This document shows positions 21,169-33,017 of a stretch of 64,000 bases of DNA, one piece after another. Origin of the DNA: Saprolegnia diclina VS20 (Eukaryota); contig NW_008246097.1 in assembly GCF_000281045.1 (NCBI RefSeq), positions 91,741-155,740 on the forward strand, in the 5' to 3' direction. Each line of letters starts with the position of its first letter. The stretch's first letter is position 1. Under the pieces are notes generated by a model, which saw only the letters and a list, made by a program, of their open reading frames with translations, had not been told where the DNA came from and searched no databases. Both the position numbers and the translations under genes were made by a program.

Positions 21169-24100
21169 ATGGTACTGCTGCCTCGAGGGTCATGGCCCAT
21201 GACCGCGCTCTCGTAGGTCGAGGTAGATGCACCGGCGATGCCAGACGTGGCGATGACCAAGGCGCAGAAGAAGAAGAACCGCAAGAAGGCCAAGAAGAAG
21301 GACGACGAGTCGGCGCAGGACGCGCCCGAGGCCCCCGAGCCAGCGACCGAGCCGCCGGTCTACCGCATGGAGCGACCCGCCGTGTCTGAGCTCCGCGTGC
21401 CAACGGCGAAGGAGGCTCCGATTCCGTCGCCGGCGCAGCAAAAGGACATTGTCCACAGCCTCATGCTGCAGTCCAAGCAACATGTACGTTCCATCGCCTG
21501 ACGTCTCGCTCATGCAGGAACGCGCGATAGGGCATGAAGGTCGGCGAGAAGTTCTTTGTCGTCAACTACAAGTGGTGGGAGTGCTGGTGCGACTATGTCG
21601 GCTACCTAGGTAGGTTGCGTGACAGCATCAAATGTTCACCTCTGTGCACTAGTAGCCAAGGGCGGTGCTTCGCGGCCGCTTCCGTCGTCCAAGCCGCCAA
21701 CTATCAGCAACAGCTCGCTCCTCGATCCTGCGTGCGACCAGATGGACCACGTCGTCGGCTCGGCGCTCCTGCCCGGTCTCGTCGAGCACAGCGATTACTT
21801 TCTCGTTCCGTCCGAGGTCTGGTCTGCTCTGACCGTCTGGTACGCGGGTGGCCCGCCCATCTGCCGCTTCGTCGTCGGCGTCGGCGAGCCGTCGTCGCCG
21901 CAGTACTTTACGCGCGTCGAAGTCTACCCCGAGACGGCCGGTGACAGTGACGTCGAGATGGACGTCGAGTCGTCGTCGTCGCCGCCAACACCGACGCCGA
22001 CGTCCAAGTGCACTGTGTGTGGCCGACCGAGCCGCAATCGTTGTGCTGTCTGCAAGACGCCGTACTACTGCTCCAAGCAGTGTCAGAGCGCGCACTGGAA
22101 ATACCACAAGAGCGTCTGCCGCGTCATCAAAGGTTGTCAACGCACAAGGATTCGCTGGCTCATGAGGATGACGGGTGCTAGGTGGCGGGTCGATCTCGGC
22201 CGTCGAGACTCACGGCCGGCGCGGCCAAACCGGCCTCCGCAACCTCGGCAACACGTGCTTCATGAACGCGGCGCTGCAGTGCCTGAGCCACACGCCCGTG
22301 CTCACGGCGCACTTTCTCACGAATTTGTACCAAGCGGACCTCAACACGGACAACGTCCTGGGCACGGGAGGGCAGCTCGCAACCGAGTACGCGGTGTTGC
22401 TCAAGGACCTTTGGTTTGGCGCGGCTTCGAGCGTGACCCCGGCGGCGCTCAAGCGATCGCTCGCGCGCTACGCACCGCAGGTACAGTATCAATGTATCAA
22501 TTATCGGTAACCGAGTGCTTGGTAGTTTTCGGGCTACCAGCAGCACGATGCGCAAGAGCTACTGGCGTACCTCCTCGACGGTCTCCACGAAGACGTCAAC
22601 CGGATCCAGAAGAAGCCGTACATTGAGATCCAAGAGTCGAACGGTTCGCAGCCGGACGCAGTGATTAGCGACCAAGCGTGGCACAACCACTGCCTCCGCA
22701 ACCAAAGCATCTTTGTCGAGCAGCTCCAAGGCCAGTTCAAGAGCACGGTCGTCTGTCCGACGTGCGACCGCATCTCGATCACGTTTGACCCGTTCAACGT
22801 CATCCAGCTCGAGCTGCCGACCGACGCCAACCGGCACTTCGACGTACGACGTCAGCTGCTCTCCAAATGCTCTGAACGCGTCGACATAGGTGCTCAGCGT
22901 GCCCTTCTTTACCAAGGCCTCGTATGCGGAAGAGAGTCGTGAGCATTTGGGGCCGACGCACTACCGGCCCAGTGTCCCCAAGCGCGGCACAGTCGCCCAG
23001 CTCAAGGTATCGCCCTCCACGCTCTGTAAAGAGTTGGCGCTTATGTTAAACTATCGCAGAAAGCGCTCGCGGGCATGGGCTGCACCAAGACGCAGCATGT
23101 GCTCTGCGACGTCTTCCAGTCGATGGTCTACCGCGTGCTGCAGGACGCCGAGCGCGTCGCTCGCATCCGGTCGGACGACCGCTTGGTGTGCTACGACGTG
23201 CCCCTCGGCTCGGCCGTCGTGTTTTGCTACCACCGCAAGTACGTTCAACGTTGCACGTTTTACGTTTAACGTGCGTGAACTTAGGGCGTCCGGGCAGCTC
23301 TTTGGGGACCCGATCTTGCTCTCGTACACGGCGGCGACGACCTGCGAAGAGTGCGTTATCCCATCGACTGATCGACTGATATATTGATACTTGTAGACTG
23401 GTCCGCAACCTGACGTACCAAGTGTGGCCTTTGGTCGCCCCGGCCGTCCTGCAGGTACGTGCTATCGTGTGTTGGCGAATAAAATCGCATGGCGCGTCGT
23501 AGGTCCCAGAGGGCAAGAAGGCGCACGTGGAGCTGCTCAAGCTCCTCGCCAAGCACGTACGTCGTTCTTGTCGTCGGCTTTGGGTGGTCGCTCATGCGTC
23601 GCAGGTGTACCTCGCCAACCAAGATGGCGCCAACGTGCCCGGTGCTGTCTCGCTCGATGACTGGAGCGCGTTCTTGCCAAGTGCAAGTGTCGCGTCCTTG
23701 GGCCTGGTACCTTTTTTTGATATTTTTTGATTATTCATCGCATGTGCATAGGGCGACTGCGCGTACTTTGGCATCGACTGGACCGACGATCTAGTCTACC
23801 AAGAGCCCGAGATGGACGTGCACGCGTCGGCGCAGCTCGCCAAGGTGGCCAAGGCCGATGGCATCTCGCTCGACAGTTGCTTCAAGAAGGTCGACTCCGA
23901 GAGCTTTGTCTTTCGCTGACGACTTGGTAGTTTACGAGCCCGGAAGAGCTCGACGAGGACAACTTGTGGTACTGCAGCCAGTGCAAGGAGCACCGCCAGG
24001 TATTGGACTTGTCTTTAGTATAAGTATCAACCTCGTGGCGCAGGCGACCAAGACGATGCAGCTATACAAACTGCCCAACATCCTCATCCTCTCCCTCAAG

Positions 24101-24496
24101 CGGTTCGAGTACCGGTACCGTCTGTTGTATCAAACGGGAGATTTGACCAAATTACGTGTAGGAACGAAGTGGTGCGGGAAAAGCTCGATATTATGGTCGA
24201 CTTTCCGCTCGAAGGGCTCGACATGGGCCCGTACTGTCTGTCGGCACAGGACGGCATGGTCTACGACCTGTACGCGGTCACCAACCACTACGGTTCGATG
24301 GGCTTTGGTCACTACACGGCGTACGCCAAAGGTATGCACACGATTGTCATCTTTGCGTATATATATACTGGCCAATGTAGATTCCGAGCACAATTTGTGG
24401 TATACGTTTGACGACAGCAGCGTCACGCCTGTCAGCGCGTCGCAAACCGTCTCGAACGCCGCGTACATTTTGTTTTACAAGCGCCGCGAGCTCTAA
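21169..24496 (+). CDS. Ubiquitin-specific protease (peptidase C19) with DUSP and MYND zinc finger, many introns
   Basis: DUSP (KFFVVNYKWWECWCDYV...ISNSSL...WYAGGPPI); MYND (CTVC...CAVC...YYCSKQCQSAHWKYHKSVC); Cys box GLRNLGNTCFMNAALQCL; QQHDAQE; His box YDLYAVTNHYGSMGFGHYTAY; WYTFDDS. Start is 21169 or 21238. Confidence 0.92.
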
Positions 24497-24509
24497 GACG
24501 CCGCGTAAC

Positions 24510-27500
24510 TCACTGCATGCTTAGATGCTTTTGCTGTTGTTTGCGTATTTGCGTTGGCCGATAGAGCGCTACGGTCGCGTCCAACGGCGTTGGTGCCAGC
24601 CGCCCTTCGCGCTCCAACCAGCGCTTGCGCTCGGCCTGGAAGACAGCGGGCGGTAGATTCAAGTGGCGCGACGCCAGATACTGCTTGCACGGCGAGACAA
24701 GGCCATCGATAGAGACGGTGGGCAGCGCAGCGGATACCTGCTGGCGAGGCGCGAGCGGCGAGAGGCGCGTCGGTTTGGTCGGCGTCGGGGGCAGCGGCTG
24801 CCCCGACACGCGCGACTGCACCTCGAGCGGCGCGCTAGACAATCGAGGCAAGTGGCCTAGGGTTCGATCTATGTACCTGCCCACGAAATCGCTAAAGCCC
24901 AAGGCGTTGGCGGCTTGGAGCCGAAAATGCACGAACGCGTCATGGTGCTGCAGGTCGTCGGCGCTGGGACAGTAGGTGGGCTCGACGCCGACGTAGACGC
25001 CGCGCCAAGGAAGCGTCAGCTGCTGACCGTCGTGGGACCACGCCATCTCGAGGGCGTACCCGTGGATCGACGCGCCGTTGGGTGTCGCGGGCGCCCAGTG
25101 CACGCGGAGGTAGCTCGTCGCGACAAACCGCGCTGGCCTCCCAACCGGCAAGACAATCTCTTCGACGTGAAGCACAAGCGGAGGGTCGGGCGCGCACGCT
25201 GTCGTTTCAAACGCAATGTCGGCGCTGGCGGCAACCAGCGCAAGGCCGTCGATCGTGCACGTGCAGCACAACCGCCCGCGGTAGCTCGTGGCCGGCAGCA
25301 GTCCACGTAAGGTTAGGGTATTGTGGACGTGGTCGTCGACACTCGCGTCTCTCGGCAGTGGCTCGAACGTACAAAGGACGGTCTCTATGTGAAGATGCGG
25401 TGGCAGCTGCGTGCGGTGCAGACCGCCAAAGTGCAATGTCACGTGACGCGCGTCGGCCAGCGCCACGGTCGGTGGTGCCGGCGCTATGAGCCACTTTATG
25501 AGACCGTGGGGCATCTCATGATACCGGTGAGGCAGAGGGTGGGCGCGCCCGGAAGCGCGCAGAGGGTCCCGACTCGTGTTTGGAGGCGCAACCACAGCAC
25601 GTGGAGCGGCAAGCCCATCTCAGGCGTCTCGTACGTAGTGTCGAAGGTCGAAAACCTAATAGCAGTGTCGATGTGCCAGTCGCTGGACGACCGACCGTGT
25701 TTCAAAGCGACGGTGCGACGGCACGTAGCACTGGATGTCGTACTCGGCATGCGCGTCGGGCGCTGGTGGCCACGACAGTTGCAACTGGCCATTGTCGAGC
25801 GCTTGGATCGTCAGGAGGCCGCAGCCTAGTGGCATTGCTCGAAAAAGAGTGATGGCAAAGACGCAGCGCCACCGGTGAGAAACGTGGTTTGCGCAATGGC
25901 TTCAAACGCATGGGTGGTGGTCCAGCGTACGCTTAGCCGCACGAGACACTCCTAGAAGATTCGACCGTGTCCCTAGTCAATGCAGACGACGACGACATAC
26001 GCAGTGCGATGGCAGCGACCGAAGGCGGCCTTCAAGCCGACAGACACCGTCCGTTCTCGTGGCTACTGTCACAGGCGCGGCGTCGACCCATGCCCCGTCG
26101 TGCTCGATCTCGACGCGACTCTCGAGGCCGGTGCGACACCAGTCGGGCGTCGGGAGACTGAGCACGAGCAGTGCGCTCGCGTGCGTAACGTCGACAACGT
26201 CGACCGTGCAAGGAGGCCAGGCGGTCGAGTACGACACACCCGCGAGCGGCGATGTAAACTGCTCGTCAATTTCAGCGACGACCGCGCACGTGTAGGTTGT
26301 CGCGCGCGCCAGCACCACATCAGTGACGTACGTGTTGCTGTCGGGTTCATAAAATAGGGTCGGCGCAGGTTCGAGACGTTCCAGCGGCGTGCGATCTCGG
26401 GACAGCCACACGTGGAAGCGCGCCGAGTACTCGACCAGGTGCGGCGGCAGCGCCCAGGACCACTCGAGCCGCAGGTGGCACCCAATGCCGCGTAGGCGAA
26501 GCGGAATGGCTTGGACAACGGCGACTGGTACGGACGATGCTACATCTGCCGAGCCAGTGTGCAGCGTCAAGCGGTACACCTCGAGCAGCTCTTGCGGTGC
26601 CACGTCCACGACCATCGATGACGCCGCGTTGTCACGATTCGCTGGCGCGTCACTGGTGGTCCACGTGTCGTTGGCGGTGTAGACTTGGAGTTCGAGTCGT
26701 ACAGCGGACGTGGCGAGCCAAGGGGGAAGGGTCGACCAACGCAGCTGCGTGGAAGGCAAGTGGGATACAACGGCATCGAGATGCAGAGAAAGCGACGTGC
26801 GAAGGCGCTCGGGAGGCGATGTCGCCGCACAGCACCCGCTCTGCACTTGGAGGTGGACATTGTACTCGGTGTCGGGTTGCAGGTGGAGTAGCCTGTACGG
26901 CGTATCAAAGTTACGGAGCGGTTGCTGCATGGTCTCGCTACCGGTGCTGACAACAACCGTCCAAGCACCTGCCGACGCAAGCGCGTCACTCAACGCAGCG
27001 TGGAGCCACCAGTGCTGCTGGGCGCCCCAGACGCACACCATGGCCGGTGCCGTCACGATGGAGAGAAGCGTCCAGTCGCTCGTTTCTGCGGTCGCGCCGA
27101 GCAGTGCTGTGCCAACGATGTCGGCACAGTGTGTCAGACGCGCGCGGAAGACGAGTCGTGACTGCGGAGGCAAGTCCGTCACCCGCACCGAACCGACAAG
27201 GCCATTATACTCGAGGCGCCAAACGTCGTCGTCACCGATGCACCGTTCAAGCTGCAGTGAGGCACAATGCAAAAGCTCGAGGGGCCACGTCGGCCAGGAA
27301 AAGGTCGCGGACGATACATCGCTCTGAACGGCCGGTGGCGGAAGACTGGCGCACCGCGTCACAACCTCCCATGGGGAGAACAAGACGGCGGCGTCGTCGC
27401 TCTCGTCGTCGGTGGGCAGTGACGTGGCGACGCCGAGCCGAAACCACACGCTATTTGATAACAGAGCGAGTTGAAAGCGAGTCGTGGTCTATGCAAACGA

Positions 27501-28050
27501 ACGATGAGTTATCACGAACACAAACCGTGGTGACGACGTTCAGAAGGGTGTCGAGGGGCTGCCACGGCACGACAGCGACCGGCGGGTCGTCCTCCGCGTA
27601 GCCGACGTCAATGCATAGAAAAAACAAGTGTTGGGGCAGCTCCAGGTGGTCCCAGCGCCAGAGCACGACGGGTCCAAGGCTCGTGACCGAGAGCTGCGTA
27701 AGAAGAACGTCAAGTGCTTGCTGCAACTGAAAAGACACGCGGCTGTGACTGGCAATACTACTGTCGTCCGGGGACCCGATTGAAATGTGGTAGGAGCTTG
27801 TCGAGGATGGTGACAAGGTTTCTGGTGCGTCGAGTGCCAGCTCTGGCGCGTCGAATGTCAGATCTGGCGCGTCCAACGAGACAGAGTCTGGAACGATCGG
27901 CCACTCTGCGTCGTCAGCCGGAAGGGCCTCGTTGTCGTCGTCGAGTCGAGGGGAGTCGGTGACGCTGCTGTCGTCGAGTGGCGCGACTGCAATCGCATAC
28001 GAGGTCGAGTCGGTGTCGTCTACGTCCATGCTCTTCCGCGGCCGTTCCAC
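24510..28050 (-). CDS. Fibronectin type III repeat protein, spliced
   Basis: FN3-like segments LRVHWAPATPNGASIHGYALEM...FRLQAANALGFSDF, LQPDTEYNVHLQV, LLPATSYRGRL and LPPQSRLVFRARL. Confidence 0.6.
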
Positions 28051-28143
28051 GCCGTTTCAGAAATGACAACTTGTACACAATTTCTTACGGATACTCAACC
28101 ACACAGCGCGTCTCGTATTCACATGACCATACACACTTGACAA

Positions 28144-28737
28144 CTAGACCGACACTTCTCCTGGCACGCGATCCCCCGTCCACATCACTTCGTCCTCGTG
28201 GATGCCTTTGGGGGCGGCCATTTTGGTCTCCAAGCTCTGGACGTAGAGCTCGGCGGCGAGGCGGCGCGTGGCGATCTTGACAAAGACAACGGCGGCGAGG
28301 CCCAAGACGACGACAGCGACGACAATGACAATCACAGTGTGGCCGCCACCGGGCTCCGATCTGGCCCCCGCGGCGGCGTCAGCGCTCGACATGACCACGG
28401 CTGGCAGCGAGAGAAGCATGTCACGCCACGGCGTTGCGCTCAGCGCCGAGAGTGAACTGTTGGCGGCGTCCCAGACGCAGTCGGGCGTCGTAGAATTGCG
28501 TGCCAGCGCCTGCAGCGACGCGTAGACTGCGCGACAAGCCTCGTTGGCTTCAAAAGACGCGGGGAGCGTCGCGTTGTGAGCGAGCACGACGTCGTAAAAG
28601 GCGGCGAGCGACTGCGCGCGACAGAGGCGAGCGTTCTCCGAGTCGATTGCGAGCGCGACGAGCGGGCGCAGCACGCTGCTTGCGCACGTCATTCGCGTCG
28701 ATAGGAAGAATAGAAAGAATAGAAAGTAATAATGCAT
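28144..28737 (-). CDS. Elicitin-like membrane protein (4-Cys variant)
   Basis: Hydrophobic N-terminus; Cys spacing C-x20-C-x28-C-x18-C ending in PDC, as in elicitin domains; C-terminal TM VIVIVVAVVVLGLAAVVFV. Confidence 0.5.
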   Translation of the reverse strand: MHYYFLFFLFFLSTRMTCASSVLRPLVALAIDSENARLCRAQSLAAFYDVVLAHNATLPASFEANEACRAVYASLQALARNSTTPDCVWDAANSSLSALSATPWRDMLLSLPAVVMSSADAAAGARSEPGGGHTVIVIVVAVVVLGLAAVVFVKIATRRLAAELYVQSLETKMAAPKGIHEDEVMWTGDRVPGEVSV

Positions 28738-29319
28738 GCGGGCGTCTCTGACGCGCGACAGTCGGTCGTAGTCCCACCCTCGTCGTCATACGTCGTCGTG
28801 ACGCGCCGGCTTGTTATCGTTTGGGCGGTGGTCGTGGCGGCAGCGCATTGCCCTCGCTGGTAAAACCTTATAATTTATTCCAGTGAATTGAATGGCTCGA
28901 TATTGACACAGGTTAGCCGTCAACAGGATTCCAAAAAAGGTCGTCCCAGCACTTGCATGATCGAGGTGAGCTGGCGGGTTGCGCTGCACACACCAGATGG
29001 TATTGTGGAACGATCCTCGAACACGCTCACTTTGCACATTAACAAAGTAAATGTGCAATGTGAGCGTTTGCAAAAAAATGTAGCGCAAACCATGGGCAAT
29101 TAGGAGTCCTAGTCCCTAGCAACTCTATAAACATCGAGTGGTATCATTCGGTTGTGAATTGCAGGTGTATGTCATCGACCACCTTAATGGGCTGCGTGCG
29201 TCGCGCATTGGACGTTGCGGCTCTCATGACATGCAACGCAGGACGAGATGTACAGTGTCCACCAATGTACTTACGGCGCAAGAGCCAGACGCGGTGAAAT
29301 ATCAGAAATATATAAGATC

Positions 29320-30372
29320 TTAGTCGCGAAGGTCGCCGCACCCGTCCTTGGCCGCGAGCCCCAAGGCCTTGAGTTGGCGTGCAAGCTGCGTGAGGACGAC
29401 CGCGAGGCGCGAACCACCGACGACAAACTGCTTTTCGACGACGCGGAGAAGGCGCGCCTGGTAGGCGGGCGACGGGCACGGCACAAAGCCCTTGGCGTTG
29501 AACGTCAAGTCCAAGCCTTCGTAAGCGGCCGATTTTGCCAGCACAAACGAGTCGACGATCGTGCGGGGAAAGAGATCCTTGGTCATGACTTGTGCAAACT
29601 CGGCGTAGGGCACATCCTTGTACGCTGCATAGTCGACCGCATCGGCCGAGAGATTCTTGCCGTACGCTGCTATGAGGCGCGTCGCGTTCGAACGCAAGAG
29701 CTCCCGGCTCGGCGACCCCGGCACCATGTTTGGTGTCCAGTTGGTCGAGTACTCGCCCGCAGCGCTGTCCCAGATCGCGTGGAGGTTGCTGGCGCTGCAG
29801 GGGAAGGCAAACTTGTGCTTGTTGCCGCCGAGGTCGCCATTGGGCAGCGCGTCCGAGACGCCGGTCGCCGTGTGCATTGGCTGGTGAATGTCGGTGAACG
29901 CATGCAGAAAGTACCGCAGCATAAAGTTGGCAGCCCAGTTGGACTGCGTCGTCGCAAACGTCTTGAGCGTCTTGGTCATGACGTCCAGTGCAAGCCCATC
30001 CAGCGATGCTTTCAAGAGCGCGTTGACGTCACGCGGCGAGACACCATGGTAGTCGGACCCGTTCGTGAAGAATGGGAGGTTGACGTAGTGCCAATTGTCC
30101 ATCGAGCTGACCGACGGCCGGAGCGGTGACGGACAGTACGTGGCCGACGTCGACGCGCACTTGAGCAAGTCGGGCCAAATGACGGCGGTCGCGACGTCGC
30201 CCGTGTTGGGGAAGTCGTCGTCCCACTTGTGCAGGACGCTCTGGAGCACGGCCACGTCGTCGGTCGTCATGAGCTGCGCCGCGATCTCCGCCGTCAGCAT
30301 GTGCCCGCCGTCCCACCACGCCAGGACTGGCGCCGCGGCAAGCGCCATCGTCGCCATCCATCCAAGCAGCAT
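29320..30372 (-). CDS. Secreted S1/P1 nuclease, copy 1
   Basis: Signal peptide then WWDGGH, WPDLLK, WHYVN, HAFTDIHQPMH, DLGGN and NLHAIWD. Intronless. Confidence 0.95.
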   Translation of the reverse strand: MLLGWMATMALAAAPVLAWWDGGHMLTAEIAAQLMTTDDVAVLQSVLHKWDDDFPNTGDVATAVIWPDLLKCASTSATYCPSPLRPSVSSMDNWHYVNLPFFTNGSDYHGVSPRDVNALLKASLDGLALDVMTKTLKTFATTQSNWAANFMLRYFLHAFTDIHQPMHTATGVSDALPNGDLGGNKHKFAFPCSASNLHAIWDSAAGEYSTNWTPNMVPGSPSRELLRSNATRLIAAYGKNLSADAVDYAAYKDVPYAEFAQVMTKDLFPRTIVDSFVLAKSAAYEGLDLTFNAKGFVPCPSPAYQARLLRVVEKQFVVGGSRLAVVLTQLARQLKALGLAAKDGCGDLRD

Positions 30373-30394
30373 GATCGTTGTGTTCTTCAGTACT

Positions 30395-30408
30395 AAATGC
30401 AAAAATGC
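30395..30408 (-). promoter_or_regulatory. INR/FPR-like core promoter
   Basis: Minus strand GCATTTTTGCATTT about 25 nt upstream of the ATG at 30372. Confidence 0.5.
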
Positions 30409-31127
30409 GGTCGCCCCGTAGCGACCAAGGAAAAAAAGCTGGCGCATGGGTATCGTCCGACCTCGTCCGACCCAAAGAGCTACCCAAAGGCACCTCATTG
30501 ACCGATGGGTGTCGCGAATCACAGAGGCGGCTCCTGGATGCGCTCGAAACAACTTCAACTGTACGCACTGTGTCTGGTAATCTCTGATGGCCTTTTTATG
30601 ACGAAAAGGTTTGTCTACGCTCGCAGCGACTACGGAGGAAAATGCATGTCGCGCGCCCCTTTCCTCATGAGGACAACGCGGCAGAGATCGCATGATGTGA
30701 GTTCGATCCCACGAGATCGTTCATTTCTTTGCTTGTACCGGTCAGCGAGCAGGTCAGCACGGTCAGCGTTGTCCAGTTTTACATGAGCTTTTACATGTAG
30801 TAGAGCATGGACTATGAAAGAAACACTTTGACAGCACATGTCTGCAGGTCAAAGTGCACATCGCTGTCTCGTAATAGGGCTAGGGTTTCGGTGTTGAACC
30901 CTTGTTGCACGATCTGTATGCCTCGCAATATACAGTGTAAGGCACCGACTCTTGACTACACTGTATAGTTTTACCAACGCGAGTTATCGCCCGTCGCATA
31001 TGCCGCATCGTTGGGTGTTCGACGACCCCCGTCGTTTGACCATCGAGATCGCACAAGGCCCATTCTTGCATCGATACACGCCAGATAGTAGTTGTAGTTG
31101 GTCCGTTTAAAAGTAGTTCAAAATCGA

Positions 31128-32132
31128 TTACAAGAGCGTCGCCGACTTGAGCTGCTTGGCGACTTGGGTCAAGACGACCGCGAGGCGCGAGCCAGCCGTG
31201 TACACGCGGTTCTCAAACGTTGCGAGGAGCTTGGCCTGGTACTCAGCACTCGGGCACGGCACCTTCTTGTTGGTGACGGTCAAATCAATGTCCTTGTAGA
31301 CGACCGTGCGCGCAAGGCCGTACGACTCGAGGATCACCGCTTGGATGCCCTCGTTCTTCATAGCCTTGATGAAGTCCGGGTACGAGAGCGACGCGTACTT
31401 CTTGAAGTTGAGCGCATCGGCTTGGCCTTGGAACTTGGTGATGAGCGCCGTCGCGTTCTTGGTGATCTCGACGCGGTTCGGGTCGTTCTCGATCGGGCTC
31501 CAGTTGACCGGGTACCGGTTGGCCGCGCTGTCCCAGATCGCGTGGAGGTTGGTGCCGGCGTCGCACGGCTGCGCAAACTGGTAGTTGTTGCCGCCAAGAT
31601 CGCCTTTCGGGAAGTCGGCCGAGATACCAGCGACCGTGTGGAGCGGCTGGTGCACGTCGCCAAAGACGTGGAGGAAGTAGCGCAGCATAAAGTTGGCCGA
31701 CCAGTTGGAGCCCGTTTTGCCAAAGGTCGAGAGCGCGTTGTTGAGCGTGTCGACGGCGCGGCCGCCGATGGACGCAGCCATGAGCTGCTTCGGGTCCGTG
31801 ATGCCGTTGTAGTCCGAGCCGTTGACGTTGAGCGGGATGTTGATAAAGTGCCAGTCGTCCTGCGTGCCGAGCGACGGGATGAGCGGCGACGGGCAGTACG
31901 GCGCCTTGGAGCTGCACTTGACAAGGTCCGGCCACATGGACGCCGACGTAATGTCGCCCGTGTACGGGAACTGCGTGTTCCAGCGGCTCAGAATCGTGTT
32001 GAGCGTCGAGACGTCTTCCTTGGCCATGAGCTGCGTGGCCACTTCGCCGACGGTCTCGTGACCGGCATCCCAGAACGCGTGGACGTTGGTGGAGGCGACG
32101 GCCAGCACCGCGAGCGTCGAGATCGTCTTCAT
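31128..32132 (-). CDS. Secreted S1/P1 nuclease, copy 2
   Basis: MKTISTLAVLAVASTNVHA-FWDAGH, WPDLVK, WHFIN, HVFGDVHQPLH and NLHAIWD. INR-like CTCATTTTCACTTT just upstream. Confidence 0.95.
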   Translation of the reverse strand: MKTISTLAVLAVASTNVHAFWDAGHETVGEVATQLMAKEDVSTLNTILSRWNTQFPYTGDITSASMWPDLVKCSSKAPYCPSPLIPSLGTQDDWHFINIPLNVNGSDYNGITDPKQLMAASIGGRAVDTLNNALSTFGKTGSNWSANFMLRYFLHVFGDVHQPLHTVAGISADFPKGDLGGNNYQFAQPCDAGTNLHAIWDSAANRYPVNWSPIENDPNRVEITKNATALITKFQGQADALNFKKYASLSYPDFIKAMKNEGIQAVILESYGLARTVVYKDIDLTVTNKKVPCPSAEYQAKLLATFENRVYTAGSRLAVVLTQVAKQLKSATLL

Positions 32133-33017
32133 TCTGCGAAAGGAAAAAGTGAAAATGAGTCGGCTCCCGCGCTGGGTCGGAGCAACCCAGCTGGACTTGA
32201 AGTACACCTATTTCCGGTGCTAATTGCATTACGAGTTCAAACCTGCCTGATCAGAGAGGCGCGACGGCCGTAATGTGCGGCTGTCGACTCGACAGGCAGC
32301 CGCAGATTCTGCAGCAATGGTTGGGCGATTCTCCCTTCTTGGCCCTTTCTATAGCGAATACGTCGTCGTTGGCCACATAGAGACTCTGTTCGACGGTGGC
32401 CGTCGTGGCCATTACCACCTCAACACCACGTGTTTCCACGCAGCTTCATGGCGCGTCTGAGTCAAACGACTGGTGCCTAGCTGCAGCACGACGAATCTCG
32501 GGCCGCTGACGACGCCTTAGCTTAGATTTTGCCCGTCTTTTGCGTCGCGCCACGAGGGGTGGGTTGATGGACGTGGATGCAGCCGCGTCCGCTCGACCCA
32601 CGAAGATTCGCAGACGAATCTGCCGCTGCGGAATGACCAGCGTGACGTGGGACGACCGATCGTCCACGGTACATCTGAGCCATTGAAATGCATGCAAATC
32701 CATACACAGTGCAAGTGTAAAAGTTTGCACTACAAAAACCAAGTGTCTTTTGCGTGCATTCACCAGATGCCATGACGCACGCGCTTGGATTCCATCTGGG
32801 CCGCCGGTTGCAAGGTTGTCAACGGACGATCTTGGGTCCCATAGTGTATACACATCACACTCGGCGTAGGATGTGCATATGTGGTGCGATAGCCACGAGC
32901 TTCTCGTGTGTTATGAAGGTATACAGCTGGCGCGCCATCTGTAGCAACACTTCAAGATCGACGGCCAGCATTTGTTCATTTGTTGCTGGCTCACTTTGCT
33001 TTTTCTCACCCACCACG

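Noticed and set aside
20784..21293. Minus-strand ORF with an apparent signal peptide (MAFLRFFFFCALVIA)
   Set aside because: The hydrophobic start is the reverse complement of the Lys-rich USP N-terminus; the rest crosses AT-rich promoter DNA.
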